A DNA stretch of 64,000 nt from Tubulanus polymorphus (Eukaryota > Animalia > Nemertea): the NCBI RefSeq assembly GCF_964204645.1, contig NC_134032.1:7490275-7554274 (forward strand), written 5' to 3'. Under the pieces are notes generated by a model that searched no databases, had not been told where the DNA came from, and was given only the letters and a program-made list of their open reading frames with translations. Position numbers and translations under genes: made by a program. Of the stretch, positions 50,031 through 63,922 are shown piece after piece. The stretch's first letter is position 1; each line of letters starts with the position of its first letter.

Positions 50031-51137
50031 ATGAATTCGACTTCAAATTACGCAAATAAAAGTCATCTCCAAGAAGAATACCTCTATGGTTCGTACTGCT
50101 ACTTCTACTTCGTCTATCCTGTAGATTTGGTGAATACTATGAAGCCGTGGGTGAAATGGGTACACGTTATATGCAGTTCGTTCTTCATCGTCTTCGGACT
50201 GATGTCAAATATTGTATCATTTATCGTAATGATGATTCCAAAAATGCGCAAGTGCTCGTTCGCAGTATACCTGGCAGCTTTAGCCATTAGCGACGGATGT
50301 AATTTGATAATGCACGGTATATTCTGGATTAATTTCGTCAGCGGACTTTCGGGTGCACCATTGGCCATCGTGGTCAGTGGTGGATTGGCAAAAACCTTCA
50401 TGAAATATACGAGTTTTTATTTTGCCGCTTTGAGCAGTTGGTTAGTAACATTGATTAGTATTGAACGTTTTATAGTTGTCCGTTTCCCAATGTCGGCTTC
50501 GCGCTTGTGTCGCCGTCGATCGGCATGTGGCGCCACCTGTTGCACGTTTCTCGGCATCCTGTGCGTCATATTAACCGACTGCTCTCTGCGTCCGTGGATG
50601 AACTATGACGCCAGTTGTAGAATACCCAGTCAACGTCACGATTCACGCACTATAGGGGCTCTAATGATTGGCTACCTGCCTTTTATTACCATTACGTTCT
50701 GTTGCGTCAATATAGTGGCGGTTTTGAACAAGCGCAGTACTAACATGCCGATCGCCTCGGTCAAACTGACCAATAACAGAGTCACTCGTCTCATGCTGTT
50801 CGTCATGTTCGTTTTTCTTTTACTGCTATTTCCTACTATAGTTTCTCTTACTCTGGTAGCCGTGCTCCCACACTTACGACAGTCATTGAAGTTCGCATCG
50901 GGTCCGATGTCCGTCATCCTTTGGGAAATAAGCTATTCAGTTAATTTTCTCATTTACGCATTGTCTAGTCGAAAGGTAAGGGAAGCGTTCGTCGAGAAGT
51001 TTTTAGTTTGGTCGACAGATGGTGCTCCTTGTGACAGCCGATTTAGTGATCGAATGAATAAAAAAACAAAAAAGTCCGAAGAGACACCAGTCTCCGCTAC
51101 ACCCGCGACTTACGGTAGTGAACCCGGTGCGAAGTAG
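50031..51137 (+). CDS. Intronless rhodopsin-like (class A) GPCR, peptide-receptor-like orphan
   Basis: Seven hydrophobic segments; GLMSN (TM1), YLAALAISD (TM2), ISIERFIVVRFP (TM3), LLFP (TM6), NFLIY (TM7). Confidence 0.93.
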   Translation: MNSTSNYANKSHLQEEYLYGSYCYFYFVYPVDLVNTMKPWVKWVHVICSSFFIVFGLMSNIVSFIVMMIPKMRKCSFAVYLAALAISDGCNLIMHGIFWINFVSGLSGAPLAIVVSGGLAKTFMKYTSFYFAALSSWLVTLISIERFIVVRFPMSASRLCRRRSACGATCCTFLGILCVILTDCSLRPWMNYDASCRIPSQRHDSRTIGALMIGYLPFITITFCCVNIVAVLNKRSTNMPIASVKLTNNRVTRLMLFVMFVFLLLLFPTIVSLTLVAVLPHLRQSLKFASGPMSVILWEISYSVNFLIYALSSRKVREAFVEKFLVWSTDGAPCDSRFSDRMNKKTKKSEETPVSATPATYGSEPGAK

Positions 51138-53949
51138 AATATGTCATACTTATAGTTTAAGCATGTTTTAACTAAACGCCACCTTGTGTTTGATGTTTGA
51201 GCTGGTGAATTGCCCTGCATAACTCTCGACAACTCCAATCGAGGGTAATTGGTTTCTTGGCTAAGGGGGAATTGGTTAAGTTGTGGTGTTCCAAATGAAG
51301 GTTTGATGAATTCGCAGCGCAATTGACCGTCAATACCTGCCAACCATAACAAGAAAAAGATAATACGCTGGTATTTCTGCATATTATGTAAATTAATCTT
51401 TACAATTATTCCTAACAATTATTATGAGCTTCAATATATTACTTTATTGTCGTTGTCACTTTATGTCCACACTTGAGTCTATTAAAGTTTGGGATTTGGT
51501 GAGCCAAACGTTTTAGCAACACATATCGAATATTTCAATGAATATATAAACAACGTATTCTAAATGTTATCGATGTAAGAATAAAAGCAGATTTATTGGG
51601 AAAATGAATACATGTTCGTAAAGTTAATTTCGATATTTGTATTGTACACAGACAGTTCGGGAATAATGGTCTGACGAAAGCCCGAGTACCAAAAATATTA
51701 GATGAAAAGTATCACTCAAATGGACAAACTGTCGCTATCCTTATAAAAATTGACCGTCAAGACTTCACCAATATGTCGAGGATTTCAGGCAGAGACCATC
51801 GACAGCTTATCACCAACATGAACATCCGGGACAGTCGTGTCATCGCTCAGAAAGTTTGAAAAGCAAGCTAATATTGTTGTAGACAAATTGGCAAAATACT
51901 TTGAAAAGTTCATAAGAGATGGACTTTTACATACATATACAGATAATCAATTGAAAATTATCAATATGGCCAATACAAATGAATTGTTTGGCGGCATAAA
52001 GTAATATTATTGTTTTGTGCCAATCACAAAAAGTCCATTTAAACATACACATCTCTCTTAAGCTTTTTAGCTTTGAGAATTGCTTCGTTCTTTAGCAACG
52101 CTATTTTCTGCTTACGAGTCGTTTCACAGTCTATGCAAAGCTCTAATCTGATACGAAATCACTAGAGTATTCATTTATAGTTTCCGGTATCCAAAAATTT
52201 AACTGATACACTGATACAATCTAAAGCATTTACAAACGACGAAGGTGACGTAATCCTGTTGCCTCGGGGAGTCGAATGTGTTTATTCTACGAATGCGGTA
52301 ACTTGGTTTTCGGTACACCGATTTCGCGCAGTTATGTATTCACGGCTCTATTAAAAGATGTCACTGTAAAATTTGGTTTCATGGGTATTTTCCACAATGA
52401 CACAATGTTATGCCAAAATTTATACGTTGACTTAGACTGTTTCTACCTCAATTTTATCTTAAATATATCGTTTCCAATAACTAGTTTGCTTATTCATAGC
52501 TGATTCAAGCTATATGAACTTCTTTACGAAGTGCGCTAATTGTTTGCATTTGGTCCATTCTTAGATTTTCATGCTTTTCTTAAGTGATTTTAAGTTCATC
52601 ATTCTCATCTTGAATTCTATCTTATCTCTTATCAACAGGGTAAAATGCGGCTATCATTATGAAGTTCTTTTGAAATGATTTCGATTTCGATTTTAGTTAC
52701 TAAGGGGAACTGATAATTTATTTTCGTATCCAGATTACCGGCCTCGGGATCAAGAATAGAGGTTACATTTTGATTGTGTTTATAACATCTACATGAGTTC
52801 AGTTTTATTGTCATTACTCGAATTTCATTCCTGTATTTCTGGCTTTCGTCCGAAGCTTCCAGAATCAATTCTGCAGTTTCAGGCGCGGATCCAGGGCCAT
52901 TCCATGACTACAGCACAGTGTAATAAAAAGGGCATCAACTTTAAAAAGGGCAGTATCCTTGCCCGGCCGGTGACGAAGTCGCAAAGCCATAAGGGGGGGG
53001 GGGCTCTGGGGAAAATTTTGAAATGTCATGTTATTTTAATGCATTTTCCGAGCACTTCAGCAACATAGAAGATAAATGTCAACAAGGCACATTGCAAGTG
53101 AATACTGATCATATTCAATGAAAATTTATTAACTCGACAAACCAAATATTTATTTTTACAATCATGATTATTTATGTCATAGAAATATTATAGTGTCTAA
53201 AATTGTCTTTCATTAATCTCAGAATACAACCATGTGGTAGTTTAACCTAGGTTTCCACTCTTAGAACTGTCCCACTCTTATCACAAGTTCGGAAATACTG
53301 CATCAATTGCACATCTATCAACAAAGCTATTGCGTAAAATTTTAACAGAATTGCTTTAAGGTTAGCCGGACTAGGCATATTGCATAATACTTATACAGAA
53401 TTATATATACTTTGACAAGATGATAACAAATCCCAGCTGGTCATTACCAGGGTACACAAATCAATAAAATCTGCTCGGCCATCTTACATGACCACAAAAA
53501 TAGTTCTGATGAAAACATGAATTAATATAATGATTTGAAGATGATCTTCAGCACAGATTCTGGAACCCTCACCATGGACCCCTCTAATACGATCACTATA
53601 TCATTTCAGAATTCAGATGGAATGATTAATACATATAACTATTTGATTCTTTATGTTATAGTTTCTTTATGTTAAAGTTATTTAGACAGATTCTGGAACC
53701 TTCAGCATGGATACCACTTATGCCACAAATTAGTTTTGACTTTATCCATTCTTTTGCATGTGTATGGATATTATAACTGATATAAAAGTGTAAGAACATG
53801 AAAACAAAGGCCTACTATATAACATAACAATTTCTAAAAGTGGCCAATTTCAAATAGAGAGTTGCAATACTCGTAACAAAACATATCTCTGGAGTTTCAT
53901 AATGTCTACATTACTTTCTCACTCTCTAGCATATATACATGGAAATATA

Positions 53950-55790
53950 ATGAAATTAAACTGGAACGTATTATTCAACATTACCAGCATCTTTATACAA
54001 CAATACATCAAATACATCAACAAATGTCAATCGTCTCCTGTTTCGGGTTGCAAACTTGTTTATGACTACGTCAATGTCTACCTCGGAACTATAGTGCACT
54101 GTCATGAGCGCAAGCCCATTGAGTCGATCCTGTGTCATTGTTGTGCGCATGTAAGATTTCAATCTTCTGAGGACCGAGATCGAGCGTTCACACTCACAAC
54201 TGGTAACAGATATTGTGCCCAGGATACGCAGAGCAGCGGATATGTTAGGAAATGTAACTACTTCAACTACAGGCAGCAGCTTGCGGGGAGACTACTAGGA
54301 ACTGTTTCTTGTTTTTTCCAGTACACGTCCCACAAATGTATCTCAGAGTTAATAGATTTGTAACTAGGGAGATCATCCTAATATTCAACACAAAATTCAA
54401 GAAAATCTTTTTTCCATTCATCACATTTCAAAACGTTGGACAGAAGTACAGAAAAACTCTTGAGGTTTTTTTCTTGCCCAATGAAGAACCTAGTAGTGAT
54501 TTGCTCATGAAGATGGTCAAGGAATGGTATTGATATACTCGACGAAAATATTCTTCGATGCTATCAGCTGGTGCGTTTTCGCGATTCCTTTGCCACAGGT
54601 TCGGGGTTTAGAAATATCAACTTCTAATTTCTCTGCCAATGAACAAGCTTGGTGATACCAGACTAGATGATTAGCACGTAATGAACTAAGGGAGCACTTA
54701 ATAGCTGAATATGTTTGTATGAATTGGCTGCATCTTGCTCGACGTACTGAAGTTTAACAGATAGATTACAAGTCAACTGAATAATTTCTCTAGTTATCAC
54801 AAACGCAACGATAAAGGGGAAGTCAGCTATGTCCTTCCACAGCCCATTGGCCTTACGAGTAGATCCGCTGTTCCAATTACCTCCGACATTGTTTGCAATA
54901 TCGGTAAGTGTTGCTACAACGGGTTCACACGATTCGGTAAATGTTTCCAACACATCGATTCTCTGTACCCATCGGGTTTTGCAAACATCTAGTAACTTCT
55001 TTTTTCGATTCAGGCACAATTTCATTAATTTTTTCATTCAGAAGTTCCTGTTTTTTGCAGTAAATGTAAAGAACCTACTTCATTCACCTAGGGTGTCTAG
55101 CATGTTCCTGATTACCCGTATGGTACAAGCTGCCATTACACATAAATTCAATCTATGTGCAACGAATGAATATAGACTGCATGTTGGTATTTTTCATGTA
55201 ATATGAAAGATAGACCTTTATTCTTCCCTGCAACATTCCCTGCTCCATCATAGCACTGGCCACGACAGTCATTCATATGAAGGCCTAATGAAGTTATAGC
55301 ATTCTCAATGTACTGAGCTAGCTGGTTTCCTGAAACGCCATCAGCACAGTGAATAAAACGATGAAACATTTCTTGGATTTCACCCAAGGTGTCAACATAA
55401 CGCAGAATCAGTGCCAATTGTTCCTTGTTGCTAGAATCCTGAACTTCGTGACCAATCATAGAGAAAAACTTGTTTGCCTTAATATCATCCAATATCGTTT
55501 TCTCTATTTGTTCTCCAACAATATGAATAATTTCATTCTGAACAGTTTTGGAGCGGTAGGTAGCAGAGTTTGAACATGATGCAAAGTGTTGCTGCAATAC
55601 TGTATCAATACTGTATCAATACTGTAGCTTTTGGATATTCCCACCATTGACATTGCTATCATAGCTACTGGAATCATCACGATGGCCTCGATATGGTTAA
55701 TTCTGCCTGCCACAAAATAACACTGTTTCTATGATCGATTTCAGTTCTTTCGATTTTCCTCGATTTGTTTCTGGTGTTGAATGGACATTT
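53950..55790 (-). pseudogene. hAT transposase relic (THAP12/ZMYM1-like family); probable element end CAGGCGCGGATCCAG at ~52880
   Basis: SKTVQNEII, EQLALILRYV, CRGQCYDGAGNVAG, CKTRWVQR, LKSYMRTTMTQDRLNGLALM; many frameshifts. Confidence 0.88.
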
Positions 55791-56247
55791 TATGGTGGCT
55801 GATAAGGGCCAAACGCATTAATTTTTACCCGACCTCGATTATAGAAAAACGCAAAATGAAACCTACAGAGCAAAAACGAAAACTTCGTTTTTGCTACCCC
55901 GCAAAAACGAAATATTATAGCGCAAAAACGAAAATATTCGTTTTTGCTCTATGATTTTTCATTTTTGTGGGGTAGCAAAAACGAAAAAATTAAATTCGTT
56001 TATGCGCCCTAGCAAAAACGAACTTAAGTTTTTGCTACCCGCAAAAACGAAATATTATAGCGCAAAACGAAAATATTCGTTTTTGCTCTATGATTTTTCG
56101 TTTTTGCTCCATAAAATTCGTTTTTGCGCCCTAGCAAAAGTTATCAGTATCGGGTTAGAATTTTGCAAGTCGACTTCATCATGAATCTCAACATCATGAA
56201 TCTCAATCGCGAAACTTCCATCATGCATAATTGATCATATGATTATA

Positions 56248-57371
56248 CAGTAAACTCCTCCTAAACTCACCCGATAATTTCGTCCGACATAGCCGGAATC
56301 CGACTTAGAAGACCAATTTTCTTAAATATTTTGGAACTCATTCATTAAAACTCTTTCCATGAGAACTTCCTGAAAATCAGATCCTGAGACTCTGCGAACT
56401 TTATTTCGAAAAAAAAAATTTTCAAATATGATGATTCAGCTTGTTTCTGATGATCTAGCAATTCTGGGGTCGTTAGGGGCCCCCAAAATGTCAAAAAAAA
56501 TTTTGACCTACTTTCGGGTCATTCGGGTACCCCTACCCCTAACTGCAGCTTCATATTCTCTCTATATATCTCCATTATATCCACTGCGTCATGTATAGAC
56601 ACCGTATACCAGCCGCTGTGTCTATTTATAAAGCTTCCAATTTAGCCCTACTTTGTTTACACAACTTGACCTCAATTCACCGATAATGATCTTCGTGACC
56701 TAGATAGATTTTATTCATACACCCGCCAGCGAACTCGAACAAAAACAAGTCCCGGGGGTTGCCAGGACTACCAGGCATACATACAAGCCGTATAAGCTTT
56801 ATACATTGCCATTTAGACAGTAAGGGGATATATAGGTCATCCAACTGTGACGTGGCGTCACACCCCGCAAAAAACATGCGTTCTGGAGACTGTGTCGTCC
56901 GGTCACAGTTAGCATGGAAAGAGTTTTAAGGACTATGGTTGCTATTATAAGGTTTATTCACTGTAAAAACTGTTGTATACAGAAAAAAACGTAAACAAAT
57001 GATAAAATGTGTACTACATTTTTGGTTGTTTCGGCTTGTATCATCTGTCGGATGTACGATGGATTGGCCCTATCTAAATCTGTAGCCGGGAATCCCCTCG
57101 CCAGCATTCACATGCCGGGTGCGACCTAACATGCCAGCAGTCGTTCTGCTGTCAGCGTCATTTATCCGGGATTCGAACCCATCCGCAGAATTCATTTACA
57201 GTTTGGAACCGTCAGCACCGGCCCTACGAGCATCATTGGTTCGGTCATAAATTGTCAGCATTCACTGGGGGTTACTTTATCTGTATATAGGAAACTGAAA
57301 ATGTTTTCTATATTGCACAGAGTTGAGCTGTTATACGACTCGGCCGGATCCGACTTAGGCAGAGTTTACTG
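56248..57371. mobile_element. Tc1/mariner-pogo-type non-autonomous element
   Basis: TA|CAGTAAACTC ... GAGTTTACTG|TA. Confidence 0.6.
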
Positions 57372-57838
57372 TATGATTATGTTGTGGGTAGGGAAATTAG
57401 GGAAATAAGGTAAAATTCAACCTGAATCGGACAGAGAAGACCCTCGAATCTAAAGAAAATAACATATGAACGTTTCATTTTAGAGATGATATTTTATTTT
57501 GAAATTCATAAAAAACTACAAGTACCTCTAACAGCAATAAAAAAGCGTTCATGAATTTTACTTAATTCGAACCATAATGTAATGTTAATAAAACATGTAC
57601 ACAAAATTATGTGTTGTCATACGAATACGTAATGTTATACGTATTACAAATTACTCGACATAAAATCCAAGTTTGTTTTAAAAACAAGTTTATGACATAG
57701 CGATTGTCTGCATCACCATCACAAGATGCGTAAATGGACGCAACAGTTTCAAAAATTAAAACAAATTACCCGACACCAATTAAAGTTTGGCATTAAAATA
57801 GTCTATGATAGCTTATATTCCCGTAACAAAGGAACGCC

Positions 57839-60578
57839 TTATGAATCTGTAAAGGTGTGACTTGCACCTTTGACAGCATATTCCATGAACATTTTGAAAT
57901 CCTCATAGGTGTTATGCACAGGAATTGACAGAATGTTAGCACAAGTATTAGCGATCGGAAACTCTCTTGTACAGCCCTCAACATCATCAGGATGTCGGAA
58001 CTGTAACGTCAGACTTGGGTTGAATCCCAAAATTGGTATTTCTCCAAGACCGGTGATGAATCTAATCAAATCTGTAAAGCCTTCTGAAAAATAAAGTCGA
58101 TCGTATATATCGTACATTATCGTCCAAACCTCTTCTCAATCTGAAAGATGCAATGTAAGAATTAAGGGCGTAGGAACAGTAAATATCGTCGCAAATTTTA
58201 ATTACATGTATTACATGTTGGTTAACTCTAACCAACTTTTGAGCAACTGGCCCCAGGCTGATATCTAACGTAGCTTACTATGTAAAGTAATTTCGAGAAT
58301 AAAGACTGATTTTTGTCGATGATTACCCAATCCACGTAATTCAATTTAGATATCGTATATCACAAGTGTTATTATCATTTTCAATTTGTCTCAACTTCCC
58401 TATATTCTCCTCCATAATCATTATGTTAGTAAAATGATACTTTACTTACTGCCCTAAGGGTTCACTGAGTCTGTGGATTGTAAAGAACTCGGAGAGTCCT
58501 TTGACAAGCCGTTCTTTCTTCCCGAAAGTGGCAAATGCCATGCTACCAGCGACAGCGACAACATTTTCATACGTCGACATGATCTCATTGAAGGTTTCCT
58601 CATTTGAACAATTGCTAATCTAAATGATACATATAGTTACTGTTTTAGATGTAATGATGAAAATAACGCGATGCAGGTCTTGCATCACCTGCTTTGAATT
58701 GGGAGAGAGGAAATGCAAGCCTCATAATGTTCATTGTCGTGGTATGAAAAACATTGGAAACCTGGACACCACCACATGTAATAGATATAGACCACAGAGC
58801 TTTTCTTCTTATTTTGCTTAATTTATATAGCTATTTAGATTATTCAAGGTAGGCACCATTTCTAAAATATGCTTCTCATCTCCAGCTGCTTTTTCGGAAA
58901 ATCAGTATTCTCTGTCGTGCAGCCGCTTATCATTCCATACATGAAGTCCTTCATGAATGTTAGCAGTGGACCTCGGTGTATTATACTAAACGATATAATC
59001 CGCCCAGCAGCATAATAATATTGTTTGTCGAGCGCTAAAATTGAAGAATACATATTTTAGTACGTTCGTTATTATAGCCACCAATTTTCCAGTAATTCAA
59101 ACTTACCTGCTGCGTTTGAAGTAAGAAACTTTCGGTTTGTTCCCCCGGAAAAAAAGACTGGATTCGCTTAGCTGTTTCATGAACAGGGTTAAAAACTCTC
59201 TGGTTGGTCCACCACCGTCTATCGCATCCTCGCCGACGAACAAAACCTCCAGTCTCTTTCGAGGGCTCCAGTGATTTCGGAGCGCAGCTCTACATCATAT
59301 ATAGAAAACTTCACTTCTGTCCCCAACGTTGATGAAGTTTGACCCATCAATGTATTCATCCGGTTGGAGGGAATTCAAGAGATCTTTCAGTGAAATATTC
59401 TCTTCCATGTCACGTAGTGTAACAAAAGAAGCACCGTCACTGCAAAACAAAGTTGATCAATAGATTATAGAAACTATGTAAAACTTGGCCTATGTAAATT
59501 TCAAAGCTGGTTCTTCGTAAAGAGCTAATCGTTTTGTTGACTATCTACCTTTCAGTGGAAGTGTTCTTGCACATTTCACCAATTTGACCATCATCTCGTC
59601 TGGAATTTTCAGATCCAACGACTGTGGTTAGATTTGTCAGCTGGCCTGGCATCGTTGATTGATTAAGTTCCTGGCTCTGCTTTGTATAAGTCGAGTATTG
59701 GGCAGTTTCATGAACAAGATTAGTAGGATAATCTTCTGGTAAATGCATTGACACAGTAGTTGTTTCGTTATAAGAAAACGATCGATTGGTGCCTCCAGTT
59801 GATTCGAGATTGAGTGGTGAATTTATGTGGCTCGTTCTGGGAGTTGAGTGCAAAGGTTGAGCAGTCTGTATCAAATTTGGTACCGTAGTCATCGAGTACT
59901 GAAATTGCGGCATGGAATAATTGAATGTTGTATGCACTTGACTATTGCTAGATGTCGAGATTAGCGACTGTCGAGAAGGCTGCGCCGTCAGTTGGTTCAG
60001 AGTTGTGAGTGGCCACTGTGACGGTTCGTGACTGTGACTGGACATGGAGGTTGTACTAACATATCCATGAGTGTTAGACTCTGTTAATCGCATCTGACGT
60101 TGCACTCCATTTTGCGGTGGCGTTAACAAGTAAGATGAACAACTATCTACGGCAGGATTCGGCCGTTCGACTGTAGAACGAGACGTCTCCTCATTCGACG
60201 GTGCATCTGATTGTATAGACCTAGTATGTAGGAATAATCGAATTGGATATGTCCTCATTGCAGATATGTATTTCCCCTGAGTAAATAATTCACCATCAAT
60301 ATTCTGGGGCAAAACGTTACCGGTGAAATCGCCAACATACGTAGCTATCTAAATGTTCTATTCTTAAGTTATTGACTGTGGATAGACCCATTGGGAAATT
60401 GTTCAGATATGCTTTGGCTAACCTCTGCATATAACGATGATTTATCAATATCCATATTGACCGTTCCACCACCACGACTTATCGGAACAACATCGTGTTT
60501 CCCATCCACTTTTGCGTGCTTCCAGCCTACCTTCACTTTGCAATTAATTTCAACATAAATCAGTACGGCATGGGCCAA
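57839..60578 (-). pseudogene. Spliced G2E3-like HECT ubiquitin ligase gene, disrupted
   Basis: FVGEDAIDGGGPTREF (59190-59245), YYYAAGRIISFSIIHRGP, LIRFITGLGEIPILGF, catalytic FPIANTCANILSIP; GT-AG introns; frameshift near 59300 and a break near 60340. Confidence 0.8.
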
Positions 60579-61559
60579 CTAAAATAAAATCATAACTTAA
60601 GACGAAATTTTCTATGCCTAGGGTCCCTTAAGACCCCCTTTTTTCGGGGGCCTAGGGCACTTTTAATCAACAGTTTTTGTCCAGGTGTGATTCTACCTCA
60701 GAATCATAGTATTTTATGTGCTGATTCAGAAAATGTAACTTAAGACGAGATTTTCCGTGCCTAGCGCCACTTAAGACACCCTTAAAACCCCCTTATGCTC
60801 CCTTTGAGAAAAATCATCTTTTATCAACGGTTTTCCTTCCATAATTCTCCAATCAATGATTTAATTAAACAGTAAACTAAATTTAAGAACAATAGTTTAT
60901 TTCTGCATAGTTTCTTTCAATTCTTCATGTAACTAAAATTTGCAATTAAAAATCAATCCTTTTACACAGCGTATATTTGTCAGACAAGCCCAAAAATATT
61001 GCTTGGTTTCAGTAACCTACTGTGCCATTAAAGGGCCACCCCGTGATTTGACATTTCTCAATTTTTGGTATATTTACAAAAATCTTGATCTAGATAGGGC
61101 GTCTCGGTCAAACTTATAATTTTGTAACTTTGCACCGGGAATTGTTTATTCTGTTTCAGCTATATATTAGAAAACTGAAAACTATTAAATCAGTATCATA
61201 ATCCATCAATACATCTCAGTCATCATCGATTCATCATCACCTACGTCGTCACTCGCAAGGTCACTATTGTCAATGAGATTTTCCGGACATTGATTACCTT
61301 GAAACATCAGATGTATGCTATTTATTCTTATTTGGTACCATTTATTAAATCTTGATAATTTCTATCAACATGACAAATATTTCTTATTTTGGACATGAAT
61401 TTAGTGTGTTTGGTCTCATTGAATATGAGATGTCCCATTCGTCCTTTCGTAAAATCAACCACTTAGCATTGATACCATTAAACATTCTTTACTATCCAGG
61501 AATATCCAAATTAGGAACAGTTTAACACTCATACACTGGATAAACTTTGATACTCACAA

Positions 61560-61602
61560 GAGCAAGCTTTCACCTACATTCTGTAGGCATCGTCAGGCTT
61601 AA
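61560..61602 (-). ncRNA. Minimal hammerhead ribozyme in the inverted pLTR (sense copy starts ~63970 and runs off the window)
   Basis: Minus strand AGC-CTGACGA-T-GCCTACA(GAA)TGTAGGT-GAAA-G-CTT-GCT. Confidence 0.75.
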
Positions 61603-61891
61603 TGTGACGTCATCAGATGTTGTTGATGTGACGTCACAGCCGGATCTCGTCAGCTGGTCCGATCTCTCCTGGGTGTCCGTATCGGTCAGAAAGTTAATAA
61701 AATCAAAATTTTGGAAAGTAAAGCGTTAAAATTCAGTGACGATGTACACAAACAGTTGCCAGGACAACAACAGCTGATCGAGAGTCATATCGAGGCGACG
61801 CATGCGCGTACGAACCAGGAAGTGAAAACACGACATATCCAAAAATTCAATTCGTCTTATTTCAAAGAAAGAACCTCCAAAGAAGTCAAAT

Positions 61892-63922
61892 TTGGCTACG
61901 GAATGTATCTCGAAATGGGTAAGGAACTGTTCGAACCGTATTTTGTCAGATCCCGAATTGTCTGTTTTGAAGAAAGGCCTTAATTTCGCGGTAACACCTA
62001 AAAAACCGCCGGTTTTCGATTTTGTGACTGCCACTGAATCGGCTTGCCGATCACTCAAACGGAGTGATGCGGACGAACTCAGAGCCAAGGTGTCGAATAT
62101 TATTATCAAAAATAAGGTTGTGAAGGATCAGAACATTAGTAAAGATGAGTTTAAGGCAATTTCTGACCTTAAGAAAGATGAATCCATAGTCATTTTACCT
62201 GCAGATAAGGGACGTGTCACGGTTGTTTTGGATAAATCAGACTATATTGACAAGTGTAACGACCTGTTGAAAGATGAAAACACTTATCAGAAACTTAAAA
62301 GTGATCCTACGAAAAAGTTTAAGAAGGAATTCGTCTCAGTTCTTAAAGATTTGAAAGATAATGGTACGATCCCTCACGATCTCCATAAGAAAATATACCC
62401 GACAACCGATCAACCACCCAGATTTTATGGTTTGCCGAAGATACATAAAGCCAATGTACCTATGAGGCCCATTGTGAGTTCCATTGGCACCATTTCGTAC
62501 GAATGTGCTAAATATTTAGCGATGATTTTATCTCCCTTAGTAGGGAAGACGATACATCATGTTAAAAACTCTACTGAGTTCTGGAAGGAAGTTTGTGGTC
62601 TAGTCATTAATGATGATGAAGAACTACGCTCATATGACGTTTCGGCCCTCTTTACTAGTGTCCCTATAGACAAAGCTCTAGTGATAATTCGCCAAAGATT
62701 AGAGGCAGATGATACTCTTTTTGAACGTTCACACATCGGTATAGATGACATTATTAAACTACTGAGCCTCTGTTTAAAATGTACATACTTCATGTTCCAA
62801 GGTCAGTACTACCTTCAAATCCACGGAGCAGCCATGGGCTCCCCAGTTTCACCAATCGTGTGTAATCTATATATGGAAGACTTTGAACAGAAAGCCATCG
62901 CCACTGCCCTCCATCCGCCACGTATATGGAAGAGGTATGTAGATGATACTTGCACAGTACTTAAGAAGTGTTTTTCTCAGTATTTCACTGACCATTTAAA
63001 CAGCATTGATGATGATATTAAATGGACTACCGAGGGTGAGGTCGAGTTACAGGCTTCGTCACAAGCCGATCTAGAGATTTGCAGTGTAGAGAGGGCTCTA
63101 GCGTTTCTCGACACATATGCGGTCATCAATGAGGATGGGTCGATTCGTACTAAAGTATTCCGAAAAACCACACACACAGACCAATATCTAAATTTCAACA
63201 GCAACCACCCGTTAGAACACAAAAGGGGTGTAGTTAAAACCCTTCTACACAGGGCGGACACCATAGTTAGTGATGATAGTGAGAGACAGTCGGAGAAACA
63301 ACATATTAAGGAGGTTCTCTCATGGAATGATTACCCTAATTGGGTCTTCAACAAAGTCACCATGCTTCCGAAGCCCAAACCTGTAGTCAGAAATAAGCGA
63401 GACACCCAGGCTCCGCGTAAGAGATCGGTCGTAGTACCATATGTGAAGGGCATGTCTGAACAAATCAGACGGGTGATGAAAGACTACAACATTAGTGTGT
63501 ATTTTAAACCGGTGAACACGTTACGCCAGTTATTAGTTAGACCGAAGGACCCGGTACCTAAAGAACGCATTACAGGACCGGTGTACCATGTTAAATGTGA
63601 ATCTTGCGATGCGAGTTATGTTGGTGAAACTGAGCGCTCCTCGAGAGCCCGGTTTGGTGAACACCGTCGACCTAGCTCTATGACGTCAGAGGTATCCCAA
63701 CACATCCATACTGACAATCCTGATCACTCTGTTGATATAGGCAACACAGACATTTTGACGGTGGAACCCCGGTGGTTCGAACGAGGTGTTCAGGAGTCAT
63801 TTTGCATATACCTGAGACACCCCACGCTGAATAAAGACTTTGGGAGATTTGCTCTACCCCCTGTATGGAATAACATCTTTAAGGCAGCAGATGGCGCGCG
63901 GGAGCCTTCACAGACCAGCTGA
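61892..63922 (+). CDS. Penelope reverse transcriptase + GIY-YIG endonuclease; N-terminal part continues upstream (61660-61900) across a frameshift
   Basis: ADKG, FYGLPKIHK, SYDVSALFTSVP, GAAMGSPVSP, RYVDD, VYHVKCESCDASYVGET..RFGEH. Confidence 0.93.
   Translation: MATECISKWVRNCSNRILSDPELSVLKKGLNFAVTPKKPPVFDFVTATESACRSLKRSDADELRAKVSNIIIKNKVVKDQNISKDEFKAISDLKKDESIVILPADKGRVTVVLDKSDYIDKCNDLLKDENTYQKLKSDPTKKFKKEFVSVLKDLKDNGTIPHDLHKKIYPTTDQPPRFYGLPKIHKANVPMRPIVSSIGTISYECAKYLAMILSPLVGKTIHHVKNSTEFWKEVCGLVINDDEELRSYDVSALFTSVPIDKALVIIRQRLEADDTLFERSHIGIDDIIKLLSLCLKCTYFMFQGQYYLQIHGAAMGSPVSPIVCNLYMEDFEQKAIATALHPPRIWKRYVDDTCTVLKKCFSQYFTDHLNSIDDDIKWTTEGEVELQASSQADLEICSVERALAFLDTYAVINEDGSIRTKVFRKTTHTDQYLNFNSNHPLEHKRGVVKTLLHRADTIVSDDSERQSEKQHIKEVLSWNDYPNWVFNKVTMLPKPKPVVRNKRDTQAPRKRSVVVPYVKGMSEQIRRVMKDYNISVYFKPVNTLRQLLVRPKDPVPKERITGPVYHVKCESCDASYVGETERSSRARFGEHRRPSSMTSEVSQHIHTDNPDHSVDIGNTDILTVEPRWFERGVQESFCIYLRHPTLNKDFGRFALPPVWNNIFKAADGAREPSQTS

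Noticed and set aside
50114-50917. Antisense ORFs over the GPCR (likewise over the Penelope, hAT and zinc-finger exons)
   Set aside because: Shadow frames of real coding sequence.
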